A stretch of DNA of 24,029 nucleotides from the NCBI GenBank assembly GCA_040289575.1, contig PSLL01000022.1, positions 17,920 through 41,948 on the forward strand, in the 5' to 3' direction. The stretch comes from Candidatus Dadabacteria bacterium (lineage in GTDB: Bacteria > Desulfobacterota_D > UBA1144 > Nemesobacterales > CSP1-2). Positions 8,460-16,501 of this stretch are shown here, piece by piece. The translations under genes were made by a program, and so were the position numbers. The notes under the pieces were generated by a model. It was not told the DNA's origin, did not search any database, and was given only the letters and a program-made list of their open reading frames with translations. Within the stretch, counting starts at the first letter, position 1. Each line of letters opens with the position of its first letter.

Positions 8460-8774
8460 TTAGCGCGGTCTAAACATATTGAGGACTTCCCTTATTATGC
8501 TCTTTTCTTCATGCCCCGCGAGTTTTTCTAATTCGCCGTTATCGAGCCACACCCCGTTGCAGGCGGCGCATCTGTCAATCTTTATTCCGCGAAATAGAAC
8601 CTCATGTAAATCCCCGCCGCATTTCGGGCACTTCATATAGCAGATGTCCTTTATGTTCTGCCTCTGTTCTTCTAAAATCTCCTGTCTTAATTTTTCCTTA
8701 AGACGCTTCATCTTCTCCGCGTCTTCTCTGGCAAAGTATTCGTCTTCTGTTTTTGTCGGTTTATCAGTGCTCAT
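8460..8774 (-). CDS. zf-TFIIB zinc-ribbon protein with N-terminal coiled coil
   Basis: MKCPKCG...IDRCAACNGVWLDNGELEKL; GGGAG SD. Confidence 0.88.
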   Translation of the reverse strand: MSTDKPTKTEDEYFAREDAEKMKRLKEKLRQEILEEQRQNIKDICYMKCPKCGGDLHEVLFRGIKIDRCAACNGVWLDNGELEKLAGHEEKSIIREVLNMFRPR

Positions 8775-8811
8775 TTGTTTTCTCCCATCTTACAGAGTGG
8801 GTAATGAAACC

Positions 8812-8933
8812 AATAGCCACAAATATACATAAATGAAAAAACAGGATGCAAGATACGGGATCCATGATTCAAGATGTATTTATACTATGCATCGTGCATC
8901 TTGAATCATGGATCATTGTTCATTTATGGCTAA
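8812..8933 (+). repeat. Composite miniature inverted-repeat element, copy B, with an internal perfect 18-bp hairpin
   Basis: AATAGCCACAAAT...GTTCATTTATGGCTAA ends; GATCCATGATTCAAGATG 8859-8876 pairs with CATCTTGAATCATGGATC 8897-8914. Confidence 0.75.
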
Positions 8934-8956
8934 GCCCTAGACTCACAATCCATAAA

Positions 8957-9640
8957 TCAAGTTCTGCCTTGGGCAGCTCCACGGTCTCTTCTTGAGCCGC
9001 GCCTTATTGGGTTTATTATAATCCTCTTTTCTTCGCCCTCGGCTTTTGTTTCGATTCTTATACCGTCTTCGCGTTTGAGCGCTATATAGACCATCTTTCT
9101 TTCCGAAGCGGACATTGGGTCAAGTGTGATTGGCCTGCCCGACATGCGGACTTTTTTCGCCACCTCTTTAACCATTTTCGCTACGGATTCCTCTCTTCGC
9201 CTTTTATATCCGTCTACATCTATTGAGATTCTTTTCTCCCTTCCATTCTCAGAAAACCGTCCCGCGATCTTGCCCACAATAAACTCCATCGCCTTAAGGG
9301 TCTCGCCCTTTTTTCCAATAAGAAGCCCTTTATCCTCATTGCTCTTAATCTCAAGTTTTATTTCATCCGACGTTTCTCTTAGATCAACCGAGTAGTTAGA
9401 GAGGAAAAAGCCGAGAATCTGCTCAAATGATTTTTTAGCCCTAAGCCCCTTTTCGCTGACATCGGCCCTTTTTACTGTGACTCGAACCTTTGCATTTTTA
9501 CCTCCTATCCCCAAAACCCCCTTGGAGCCTTCTTCAAGTACCTCCACGTCTACCTCATCTCTTGATACGCCTAATTCCTCACACGCGCTTATTATTGCTT
9601 CGGATACTGTCTTTGATTCCTTTTCGATCGCTACTGGCAT
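8957..9640 (-). CDS. jag: Jag/KhpB/EloR RNA-binding protein (Jag_N, KH, R3H-like)
   Basis: VEVLEEGSKGVLGIG, GLLIGKKGETL (KH GxxG), LDPMSASERK; follows yidC; AAGGAGG SD. Confidence 0.93.
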   Translation of the reverse strand: MPVAIEKESKTVSEAIISACEELGVSRDEVDVEVLEEGSKGVLGIGGKNAKVRVTVKRADVSEKGLRAKKSFEQILGFFLSNYSVDLRETSDEIKLEIKSNEDKGLLIGKKGETLKAMEFIVGKIAGRFSENGREKRISIDVDGYKRRREESVAKMVKEVAKKVRMSGRPITLDPMSASERKMVYIALKREDGIRIETKAEGEEKRIIINPIRRGSRRDRGAAQGRT

Positions 9641-11327
9641 CTTTGATCCCTCCTTTGGATATGATAAATCGCCGGTTTACATAGAGTTGCTGGACTATTG
9701 AAAGAATATTACTCACAGTCCAGTAGAGTATCAATCCTGAGGGAAGTCCCCAGAACATAACTGTAAATATCAAAGGCATAAATTCCATCATTTTCATCTG
9801 TGCATTATCGGTTCCGGGGGCGGCGGTAGGGGTCATCTTTTGAGACAAATACCAAGACCCACCCATAAGCAGGGGAAGAATTCTAAATGGAATTCCAATA
9901 CCCGGTATTGTAAAGAGGTGCTCGGGTGAAGAGAGATCGTCTATCCATAGAAATGAACTGTGGCGCAACTCTACTGCATAGAGCAAAACGTCATAGAGGG
10001 CAATAAAAACCGGGAACTGTACAAGAAGAGGCAGGCATCCGCCCAGACTACCAAGCGGGTTTATCCCATGACTTGTGTAGAGCTTCATGAGTTCTGTATT
10101 CTGCGTCGCTTTGTCGTTTTTGTATTTCTCTTTAAGAGCCTCGATCTTGGGTTTAAGCTCCTGCATTCTTGCCTGCATCTGCTTCATAGAAGCCATGCTC
10201 TTTATGGTAAGGGGCAGAAAGACGGCCCTTACAATGATTGTTATCGCGATTATTGCAATTCCGTAGTTTTTAAACACCCCATATAGTTCATTGAGTAGCC
10301 AAAGAAGCGGTCTTGCAAGCGGACCCACCCATCCGTACCTGATTGAATTCTCAAGTCCGAATCCAATGGAGCGCAGAATCTCGTAGTCCATAGGACCCAG
10401 ATAGAGATTTGATCGGTATGTAAGGGTCTTTCCGGGCGGAATAATATCCGATGGGTAATCAAATGTGGCTATGACAAGTCCTTTGTCGGACTGCGGTGAG
10501 TTTGTCAAATCTGCGTTTGCAAGATGCGCTTGCACCTCCGCCCCCGTAAGTGGGAGAAAGGCGGAGATAAAATATTTGTCTGAGAAGCCAAGCCAGTTAA
10601 TGGTGCCTCTAAATGCCGTTTTTCCCTCCTTGGGCGGTTTATCTACCCTTTCAACCTTGTTGTATACCATAGCGACAAAGCTCCTGTCATTTTTATAGCT
10701 TTTGTCGTCCTTTTCCTGGCCTACTTTTCCATACCACTGAACGATGAGCTTTTCATCTAAAGGGGTTTCAGTTGCATTTTTAATCTCAATCCTGTGTCCC
10801 AGAAGGTAGCTCGTCGGGTTTATCTCATATATCTTTTTTATCTCAATTCCTTCGAGGGATTTCCAATCAAGTGTTATTTCCCTTTGGTTATCGGAAACGC
10901 TGATCTCGCTGCCTCCATCGAACTCAAAAGGAATTGGATTTGGAACCTGAATGCCCTTAATCTCGAGATCAGTGTTGAATGTCGGCGGAGAACCGTTGAG
11001 GATGTCAATGGGCGGGGAGTTCTTCTCAGTACTGCTCTTGTATTTATCTAATCTCCACTCAACGATTCTTCCTCCAGCCGTGTCAATAACGCCCGTATAT
11101 AAAGGGGTTTTAATCGTTATTAATTTCCCATGCACAGAAGCCGGGGGTGTGATCTCGGTTTTCGTTTCCTTTTCCTGCGGAATCGGAGTCTGTTCAGAGA
11201 TTTGACCTGTTTTTTGTTGGATCGGCCTTTTAGGGGGCTTAGGAGCGAAGAACGCCGTATAGCCAATTATTATCAGAAAAGAGAGGACGAAAAACAGTAT
11301 ATAGTTGAGTTTTGTACGGTCAATCAT
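9579..11327 (-). CDS. yidC: Membrane protein insertase YidC
   Basis: NYGIAIIAITIIVR, GINPLGSLGGCLPLLVQFPVFIALY, FLWIDDLS, LPSGLILYWTVSN; canonical operon position. Confidence 0.97.
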   Translation of the reverse strand: MIDRTKLNYILFFVLSFLIIIGYTAFFAPKPPKRPIQQKTGQISEQTPIPQEKETKTEITPPASVHGKLITIKTPLYTGVIDTAGGRIVEWRLDKYKSSTEKNSPPIDILNGSPPTFNTDLEIKGIQVPNPIPFEFDGGSEISVSDNQREITLDWKSLEGIEIKKIYEINPTSYLLGHRIEIKNATETPLDEKLIVQWYGKVGQEKDDKSYKNDRSFVAMVYNKVERVDKPPKEGKTAFRGTINWLGFSDKYFISAFLPLTGAEVQAHLANADLTNSPQSDKGLVIATFDYPSDIIPPGKTLTYRSNLYLGPMDYEILRSIGFGLENSIRYGWVGPLARPLLWLLNELYGVFKNYGIAIIAITIIVRAVFLPLTIKSMASMKQMQARMQELKPKIEALKEKYKNDKATQNTELMKLYTSHGINPLGSLGGCLPLLVQFPVFIALYDVLLYAVELRHSSFLWIDDLSSPEHLFTIPGIGIPFRILPLLMGGSWYLSQKMTPTAAPGTDNAQMKMMEFMPLIFTVMFWGLPSGLILYWTVSNILSIVQQLYVNRRFIISKGGIKDASSDRKGIKDSIRSNNKRV

Positions 11328-11333
11328 ATTTTG

Positions 11334-11549
11334 TTATCTAACCGGGTCGTATCCACCAGGGTTTAAAGGATGGCATCTTGAAATTCTCTTTAAGGAGAGC
11401 CAGAGGCCTCTTAGAAACCCATATCGGCCAAAGGCCTCAATAGCATATTCAGAGCAACTGGGATGGAATCTGCAAGAGGGCAGAAGAATGGGGGAGATAA
11501 AATACTTGTAGGATTTTATTAGTAGTAAAACTGGTATATTCGGTTTCAT
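11334..11549 (-). CDS. yidD: Membrane protein insertion efficiency factor YidD
   Basis: [14 protein letters not shown]...[20 protein letters not shown] overlap with the rnpA stop. Confidence 0.96.
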   Translation of the reverse strand: MKPNIPVLLLIKSYKYFISPILLPSCRFHPSCSEYAIEAFGRYGFLRGLWLSLKRISRCHPLNPGGYDPVR

Positions 11550-11896
11550 ATCACTCTGATAGCTTCTGTGATTTCTTCTTTCGCTCTACTATAATCTAAT
11601 GTTTCGCCGTTCTTCTTCTTTTTTGCGATAATTAAAATATCGAGAGAATCGAAGAGGGGTTTATTCAGTCTAAAGACCTCTCTGAGAACCCTCTTAATGC
11701 GATTGCGCTTTACGGCATTCCCGCATCTTTTTCCGACCACGAGTCCGAGCCTTGGGAATCCGAGCGAATTTGGGGCATAGGCAATAATACAGTGCTCTGT
11801 ATGGAGCCTTTTGCCCTTATCGAAAACCTTCTTAAACTCAGAGCTTTTTCGGATTTTTAAATCGCTTGAGAAGTTGAAATTTAAAGGAAAAGTCAT
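11546..11896 (-). CDS. rnpA: Ribonuclease P protein component
   Basis: [31 protein letters not shown] 11896 overlaps the rpmH stop (ATGA). Confidence 0.95.
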   Translation of the reverse strand: MTFPLNFNFSSDLKIRKSSEFKKVFDKGKRLHTEHCIIAYAPNSLGFPRLGLVVGKRCGNAVKRNRIKRVLREVFRLNKPLFDSLDILIIAKKKKNGETLDYSRAKEEITEAIRVI

Positions 11897-12042
11897 TTCT
11901 TCCAACGCCGAACCGTGAGGCTATGTCTCCCCTTTGCCATGCGCCTTTTCAGTGTATGCCTCCCAGCCTTTGTGCTCATCCTTTCGCGAAAGCCATGCAC
12001 TCTCAATCTTCTTTTGGTGTGGGGTTGATACGTTCTTTTCAT
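11893..12042 (-). CDS. rpmH: 50S ribosomal protein L34 (below the ORF-track cutoff)
   Basis: Manual translation [49 protein letters not shown]. Confidence 0.97.
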   Translation of the reverse strand: MKRTYQPHTKRRLRVHGFRERMSTKAGRHTLKRRMAKGRHSLTVRRWKK

Positions 12043-12063
12043 TTTCGGACTACCTTCATCTAA

Positions 12064-12092
12064 AAACTAACACGAAAATATAGAAAGGTCAA
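12064..12092 (-). promoter_or_regulatory. Putative sigma70 promoter of the rpmH operon, with the -35 overlapping the tatC stop
   Basis: Minus strand TTGACC (12092-12087), 17 bp spacer, TAGTTT (12069-12064) with an extended TG. Confidence 0.45.
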
Positions 12093-12847
12093 GGAATCGG
12101 TGCCGGAACCCCTGCCTTTTCCTTCTTTTTTCCAAACATCCATGCCACCAGGATTCCGAGTTCATAGAAGACAAGAAGCGGAACTAGCATAAGCATCATA
12201 GAAAAGGCATCTGTTGTCGGCGTGATAACTGCCGCGGCTATGGTGTTGATGAGTATTGCGATTCTTCTTTTTCTCTTGAGCATATCGGCATCTATGATTC
12301 CTAATTTCGCAAGGACAAACACAATGAGAGGGAATTCAAACACAATCCCAAAGCCAAGTATGAGGGCCATAAAAAATGACAGGGCTTCGCCAATCGAAGG
12401 AAAGGCCTTTACGTACTGAGATGAATACTCGGAAAGTAGAAACTCAAATGCCGGAGGCGCCGCAACGAAATAGCAAAAGGCCGCGCCTATGGCAAAAAAA
12501 ACCGTGCCGAAAAGGATAAACGGCAGGGCAATCTGTTTTTCATGCTTATATAGGGCAGGGGCTACAAATCTCCAGAGTTGATAGAGTATAAAAGGAAACG
12601 CCAGAACTATGGCGGCAAAAAAAGCGACCTTGAGATATGTCGTGAACCCTTCGGCAGGTCTTGTGAAGATAAGGGTGCTTCCCTGCGGAAGATTCCTGAT
12701 TATGGGCTGCATGAGGAGGTCAAATATCTGTTTAGAAAAATTATACGTGAAAATAAAGCAGACGGCGACGGCGGCAAGCGACCATAGAAGACGCCTTCTC
12801 AGTTCTTCAAGATGCTCAATAAAGGTCATTCTTATTTCTTCTGACAT
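12089..12847 (-). CDS. tatC: Twin-arginine translocase subunit TatC
   Basis: MTFIEHLEELRRRL, YQLWRFVAPALYKHE, FGIVFEFP, AAVITPTTD. Confidence 0.97.
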   Translation of the reverse strand: MSEEIRMTFIEHLEELRRRLLWSLAAVAVCFIFTYNFSKQIFDLLMQPIIRNLPQGSTLIFTRPAEGFTTYLKVAFFAAIVLAFPFILYQLWRFVAPALYKHEKQIALPFILFGTVFFAIGAAFCYFVAAPPAFEFLLSEYSSQYVKAFPSIGEALSFFMALILGFGIVFEFPLIVFVLAKLGIIDADMLKRKRRIAILINTIAAAVITPTTDAFSMMLMLVPLLVFYELGILVAWMFGKKKEKAGVPAPIP

Positions 12848-12899
12848 AGCTCGGCTTTAATCTTAACCCAGCCCGATCATTAATCGAGATATGCGCCTT

Positions 12900-12929
12900 A
12901 GATTTCCGCTTAATACATGCAGGAATAAC
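12900..12929. repeat. Degenerate ATTCCCGC...GCGGGAAT-type palindromic repeat
   Basis: Minus strand reads GTTATTCCTGCATGTATTAAGCGGAAATCT. Confidence 0.4.
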
Positions 12930-12998
12930 AATCTTACACCTGTCTTGAACGTACGAGTGCATACTGTGGATTAGAGACCGCCTAGTAGTAATAAAGAG

Positions 12999-13244
12999 CT
13001 ATTTTGCCTCTTCTTTTTCGACTGATTTACTCATCGTCTCAAGACGGGCGGCTTCGATTCGCCCAGCCTCTTTTTCGGGTTTGGGAGGCGTTACGTCAAC
13101 CTCATCCGGCTCATTCATAGCCCTTTTAAATCCCCTTATTCCCTTTCCAAGCGAAATACCCAAGTCTCCGAGTCTACTCGGACCGAATAGTAAGAGAAGA
13201 ACTACGAGAACTATAATTAGATGTGGCAGGCTAAATTCACCCAT
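12999..13244 (-). CDS. tatA: Twin-arginine translocase TatA/E subunit
   Basis: LLLFGPSRLGDLGISLGKGIRGFKRAM; GAGGTG SD. Confidence 0.93.
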   Translation of the reverse strand: MGEFSLPHLIIVLVVLLLLFGPSRLGDLGISLGKGIRGFKRAMNEPDEVDVTPPKPEKEAGRIEAARLETMSKSVEKEEAK

Positions 13245-13265
13245 GTCTTATCACCTCTGTTTAAA

Positions 13266-13293
13266 AGGTTATCGGATGAGACATTAATGTCAA
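13266..13293 (-). promoter_or_regulatory. Putative tatA promoter with an overlapping palindrome
   Basis: Minus strand TTGACA (13293-13288), 16 bp spacer, TAACCT; perfect palindrome GACATTAATGTC at 13280-13291. Confidence 0.5.
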
Positions 13294-13374
13294 TAAGACC
13301 CGATTTTAAGAGGTTTTATTTCCACCAAGACTATTTAGGGACTCTATAATGGGGTTGGTTTATATTCTTTCGGA

Positions 13375-13403
13375 TTGACAATAATTTGTCGCTCAAATAT
13401 ATT
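13375..13403 (+). promoter_or_regulatory. Sigma70 promoter for serA-hisZ-purA
   Basis: TTGACA 13375-13380, 17 bp spacer, TATATT 13398-13403; dyad GACAA-TAAT-TTGTC at 13377-13390. Confidence 0.7.
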
Positions 13404-13409
13404 TAGTTC

Positions 13410-13544
13410 CCGTAATATTGCCTTCTTATCTCTTGTGATGAGCTGTTTGTTTCCCTCCGGTTCATCTACTGTTATCTGAGTTTAAGGCGAACCGGGGAAA
13501 TCTGTGCATCAGAGTGATAAATTAATTTTCTTCTGGAGGGAGAT
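13410..13544 (+). promoter_or_regulatory. Structured 5' leader of serA, candidate cis-regulatory RNA
   Basis: 13449-13463 can pair either with 13489-13500 or with the SD region 13533-13544. Confidence 0.35.
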
Positions 13545-15131
13545 TTGAAAATATTAATTACAGATGGCCTTGCCGAAGAGGGTTTAGAGATACTTAAATC
13601 CCGGCCCGAACTTGAAGTCGTTATGAAAAAAGGGCTTTCCACAGAGGAAATCAAACGGGTCATAGGAGACTATGACGCCCTTATTGTAAGGAGCGGGACA
13701 AAGGTCACCTCAGACATTATAGATGCTGCCGATGAGAGACTCAAAGTAATAGGGCGTGCCGGAATTGGCGTGGATAATGTGGATGTTGCTGCGGCTACGA
13801 AAAAGGGGATTATTGTAATGAATACACCTGAGGCAAACGCCATAACTACGGCGGAGCATACAATTGCCCTTATGTTTGCGCTTGCAAGGCGGATGCCCCA
13901 GGCGCACGCATCCATAAAATCCGGACTCTGGGAAAGGGATAAATTTAAAGGAAAAGAGATATTTGGAAAGACCCTTGGCATCATAGGGCTTGGAAACATA
14001 GGAAGGCTTGTCGCCGAAAGGGCGATAGGGTTAAAAATGAAGGTAATTGCCTATGACCCTTTTCTCTCGCCGGAAGCCGCGGTAAAGATGGATGTAGAGC
14101 CTGTTTCTTTTGATGAACTACTTGAGAGGGCAGATATAATTACAATCCATACTCCTCTTACGTCCGACACAAGGAATCTAATAAGAAAGGAAACGTTTCA
14201 GCGTATGAAAAAGGGCGTAGTCATAATCAACTGTGCAAGGGGCGGAATTGTAAATGAGAATGACCTCTATGAAGCGCTGAAATCTGGAGTTGTCGCGGGC
14301 GCTGCGCTCGATGTTTATGAGAAGGAGCCACCGGATAAGGACAATCCCCTATTTACACTTGATAACGTAGTTCTTACCCCACATCTCGGCGCTTCAACCG
14401 AGGAGGCACAGACTAAGGTTTCGGTTGCTATAGCAGAGCAGATAGTTGACTTTTTTATAAACGGCGTTGTGAGAAATGCGGTCAATATGCCTTCTATTAG
14501 CCTTGAGCTTCTTAAGGTAATGAAGCCCTACATTGTGCTTTCAGAGAAGCTCGGAAGCCTTCAGGGACAACTCTGCAGAAGCGGCGTAGAGGAGATTCAT
14601 ATTGAATACAGCGGTGAGGTCGCGGGGTTTAACGTTCCCCCTCTTACCGTTGCCGCACTCAAGGGTTTTCTATCACCTATTATGGACATTGCTGTAAATT
14701 ATGTAAATGCCCCACTTGTTGCCAGAGAAAGAGGAATAAGGGTAATAGAGTCCAAATCATCAAGGTCGGAGGATTTTACAAGCCTGATTTCTATAAAGGT
14801 AAAGACGAATCAGGGCGAAAAGCTCGTTGCGGGGACCATTTTCGGAAGGGAAGAGCCGAGGTTTGTGAGGGTCAATGGATTCTCACTCGATGTTATTCCT
14901 CAGGGTTATCTCCTAATAGGCGAGAATTATGACAAGCCGGGGGTTATAGGGAGCATGTGTACACTCCTTGGAAAAAGAGGTATAAATATAGCGCGATTGC
15001 ACCTCGGACGCGAAAGCATAGGCGGAAGGGCAATAGCCTTTATAAATGTGGATTCTCCTGTTCCTGCGTCGGTCATAGAGGAGATATCGGGGCTTCCCAA
15101 TATAATATCCGTTACACAGGTATCGCTTTAG
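13545..15131 (+). CDS. serA: D-3-phosphoglycerate dehydrogenase (type I, with ASB and ACT domains)
   Basis: GRAGIGVDNVD, GLGNIG, NCARGG, TPHLGASTEEAQ, C-terminal DKPGVIG ACT domain; TTG start with GGAGG SD. Confidence 0.96.
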   Translation: MKILITDGLAEEGLEILKSRPELEVVMKKGLSTEEIKRVIGDYDALIVRSGTKVTSDIIDAADERLKVIGRAGIGVDNVDVAAATKKGIIVMNTPEANAITTAEHTIALMFALARRMPQAHASIKSGLWERDKFKGKEIFGKTLGIIGLGNIGRLVAERAIGLKMKVIAYDPFLSPEAAVKMDVEPVSFDELLERADIITIHTPLTSDTRNLIRKETFQRMKKGVVIINCARGGIVNENDLYEALKSGVVAGAALDVYEKEPPDKDNPLFTLDNVVLTPHLGASTEEAQTKVSVAIAEQIVDFFINGVVRNAVNMPSISLELLKVMKPYIVLSEKLGSLQGQLCRSGVEEIHIEYSGEVAGFNVPPLTVAALKGFLSPIMDIAVNYVNAPLVARERGIRVIESKSSRSEDFTSLISIKVKTNQGEKLVAGTIFGREEPRFVRVNGFSLDVIPQGYLLIGENYDKPGVIGSMCTLLGKRGINIARLHLGRESIGGRAIAFINVDSPVPASVIEEISGLPNIISVTQVSL

Positions 15132-16361
15132 ATGGTTGAGCGTCTTAATCTCCCTCAGGGGGTGAGGGACTTTCCCCCTGAGAGGGCAGAGGAGATTAGA
15201 AGGGTTGAAGAGTGTCTTATGGGGGAGTTTACCCGATGGGGATATAGAAGGGTGATCACCCCGTTTTTTGAATCCCTGGAAACCATTTCGATTGGCCTTG
15301 GCGATAATTTAAGAGATAAGATTCTAAAGTTCGTCGATCCGTCAACGGGCGATGTTGTGGCGCTGAGGCCGGACATAACACCTCAGATAGCAAGGCTCGT
15401 TGCGACCCATCTCAGAGGCGAGACGGGGCCGATGAGGTTCTGCTATAACGGAAGGGTAATCAGGTTTGAGGAAAAGGGAAGTGGAAAAGAAAGGGAGATA
15501 TTTCAGGTGGGATGCGAGCTTATGGGGCTTTCATCCCCTGAGGCCGATGCTGAGATAATAGCGCTTGCCGTAAAGGCGGTTGAGACTCTGGGAATAAAGG
15601 AGATTGTGCTTGACATCGGTCATACGGGATTTCTAAGGTTTCTCCTTGGAAAGACGGGAAGCGCAAGACAAGAAATAGAAGAGGCGCTTAAAAAAAAGGA
15701 TCAGGAGGCACTTGCGAAGGCGGTTTCAAGTGTCTTTATTTCTCAAACAATAAAAGGGATTATACTCTCTCTTCCTGAGCTTTATGGAAGCAGGGAAGTC
15801 CTCGGCAATTTTAAGGATATAAAGGCCATAAAGAGTTATATAAAAGAGATAGAAAATATACTCTCTTTGATTGATGAATTTGACCTAAGCTGTGAAATTA
15901 ATGTAGACCTTGGGGAATTAAGAGGGTTTAACTATTATACGGGCGTTACGTTTGAGGTTATATCGCCTCGCGTATCTTCTTCGCTTGTGAGGGGCGGAAG
16001 ATATGATGAATTGGTGGGAAAATATGGATATAACTGCGCCGCAACGGGGTTTGCCGCGGATATTGAGGCCCTACTTGATGTTGCAGGAACCCATTCGGAA
16101 AATAGCCAGATTTATTTTGTTGTTATCCCTAAGAGGTCAAATCTCAGATGCGATGCAATTCGGCTCGCCGAGCGGCTGAGATCAAATGGCTTTAGGGTTA
16201 TTGTTCATCTCAGCGACCACGACTCAGGGAAGGTGACGAAGGATAAGAATTCAAATCAATGCAGGATGGTTCTTTTAGAAACATCGCAGAGGGTAAAACT
16301 GATTGAGCCGGGCGGCATAAGGGAGTTTTCAAGCATTGATGGGTTTATTAGTAGTATTTGA
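15132..16361 (+). CDS. hisZ: ATP phosphoribosyltransferase regulatory subunit
   Basis: PQGVRDF, LRPDITPQIAR, REIFQVGCELMG, DLGELRGFNYYTG, GGRYD; HisRS paralogue between serA and purA. Confidence 0.9.
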   Translation: MVERLNLPQGVRDFPPERAEEIRRVEECLMGEFTRWGYRRVITPFFESLETISIGLGDNLRDKILKFVDPSTGDVVALRPDITPQIARLVATHLRGETGPMRFCYNGRVIRFEEKGSGKEREIFQVGCELMGLSSPEADAEIIALAVKAVETLGIKEIVLDIGHTGFLRFLLGKTGSARQEIEEALKKKDQEALAKAVSSVFISQTIKGIILSLPELYGSREVLGNFKDIKAIKSYIKEIENILSLIDEFDLSCEINVDLGELRGFNYYTGVTFEVISPRVSSSLVRGGRYDELVGKYGYNCAATGFAADIEALLDVAGTHSENSQIYFVVIPKRSNLRCDAIRLAERLRSNGFRVIVHLSDHDSGKVTKDKNSNQCRMVLLETSQRVKLIEPGGIREFSSIDGFISSI

Positions 16362-16391
16362 TGCGTACGTACAGGTAAATACGCATCAAAT
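16356..16391. other. Perfect 12-bp stem-loop covering the hisZ stop
   Basis: ATTTGATGCGTA 16356-16367 pairs with TACGCATCAAAT 16380-16391; 12-nt loop; no following U-tract. Confidence 0.6.
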
Positions 16392-16501
16392 GGCGTGACA
16401 TGAGATTGAGCATATCATTGCGGTGAGAAGATTACTTTTTGTTATTGCTCCTCAATGACTTATTAATTTAGTGGCATTAGTGAAAAAGGGAGGGACTTAA
16501 C

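Noticed and set aside
8840..8915. Short periodic repeats as a CRISPR array
   Set aside because: Degenerate 7-mers with no unique spacers and no cas genes.
12965..12994. Single near-DnaA box TGTGGATTA followed by TAGTAGTAATAA (DnaA-trio-like)
   Set aside because: Only one imperfect box, and the trios lie on the opposite side relative to the B. subtilis arrangement; likely chance.
12848..12998. Missing tatB, or a small ORF between tatA and tatC
   Set aside because: No TatB-like sequence; the short minus-strand frame includes a palindromic repeat. TatA/TatC-only loci are common and tatB may lie elsewhere.
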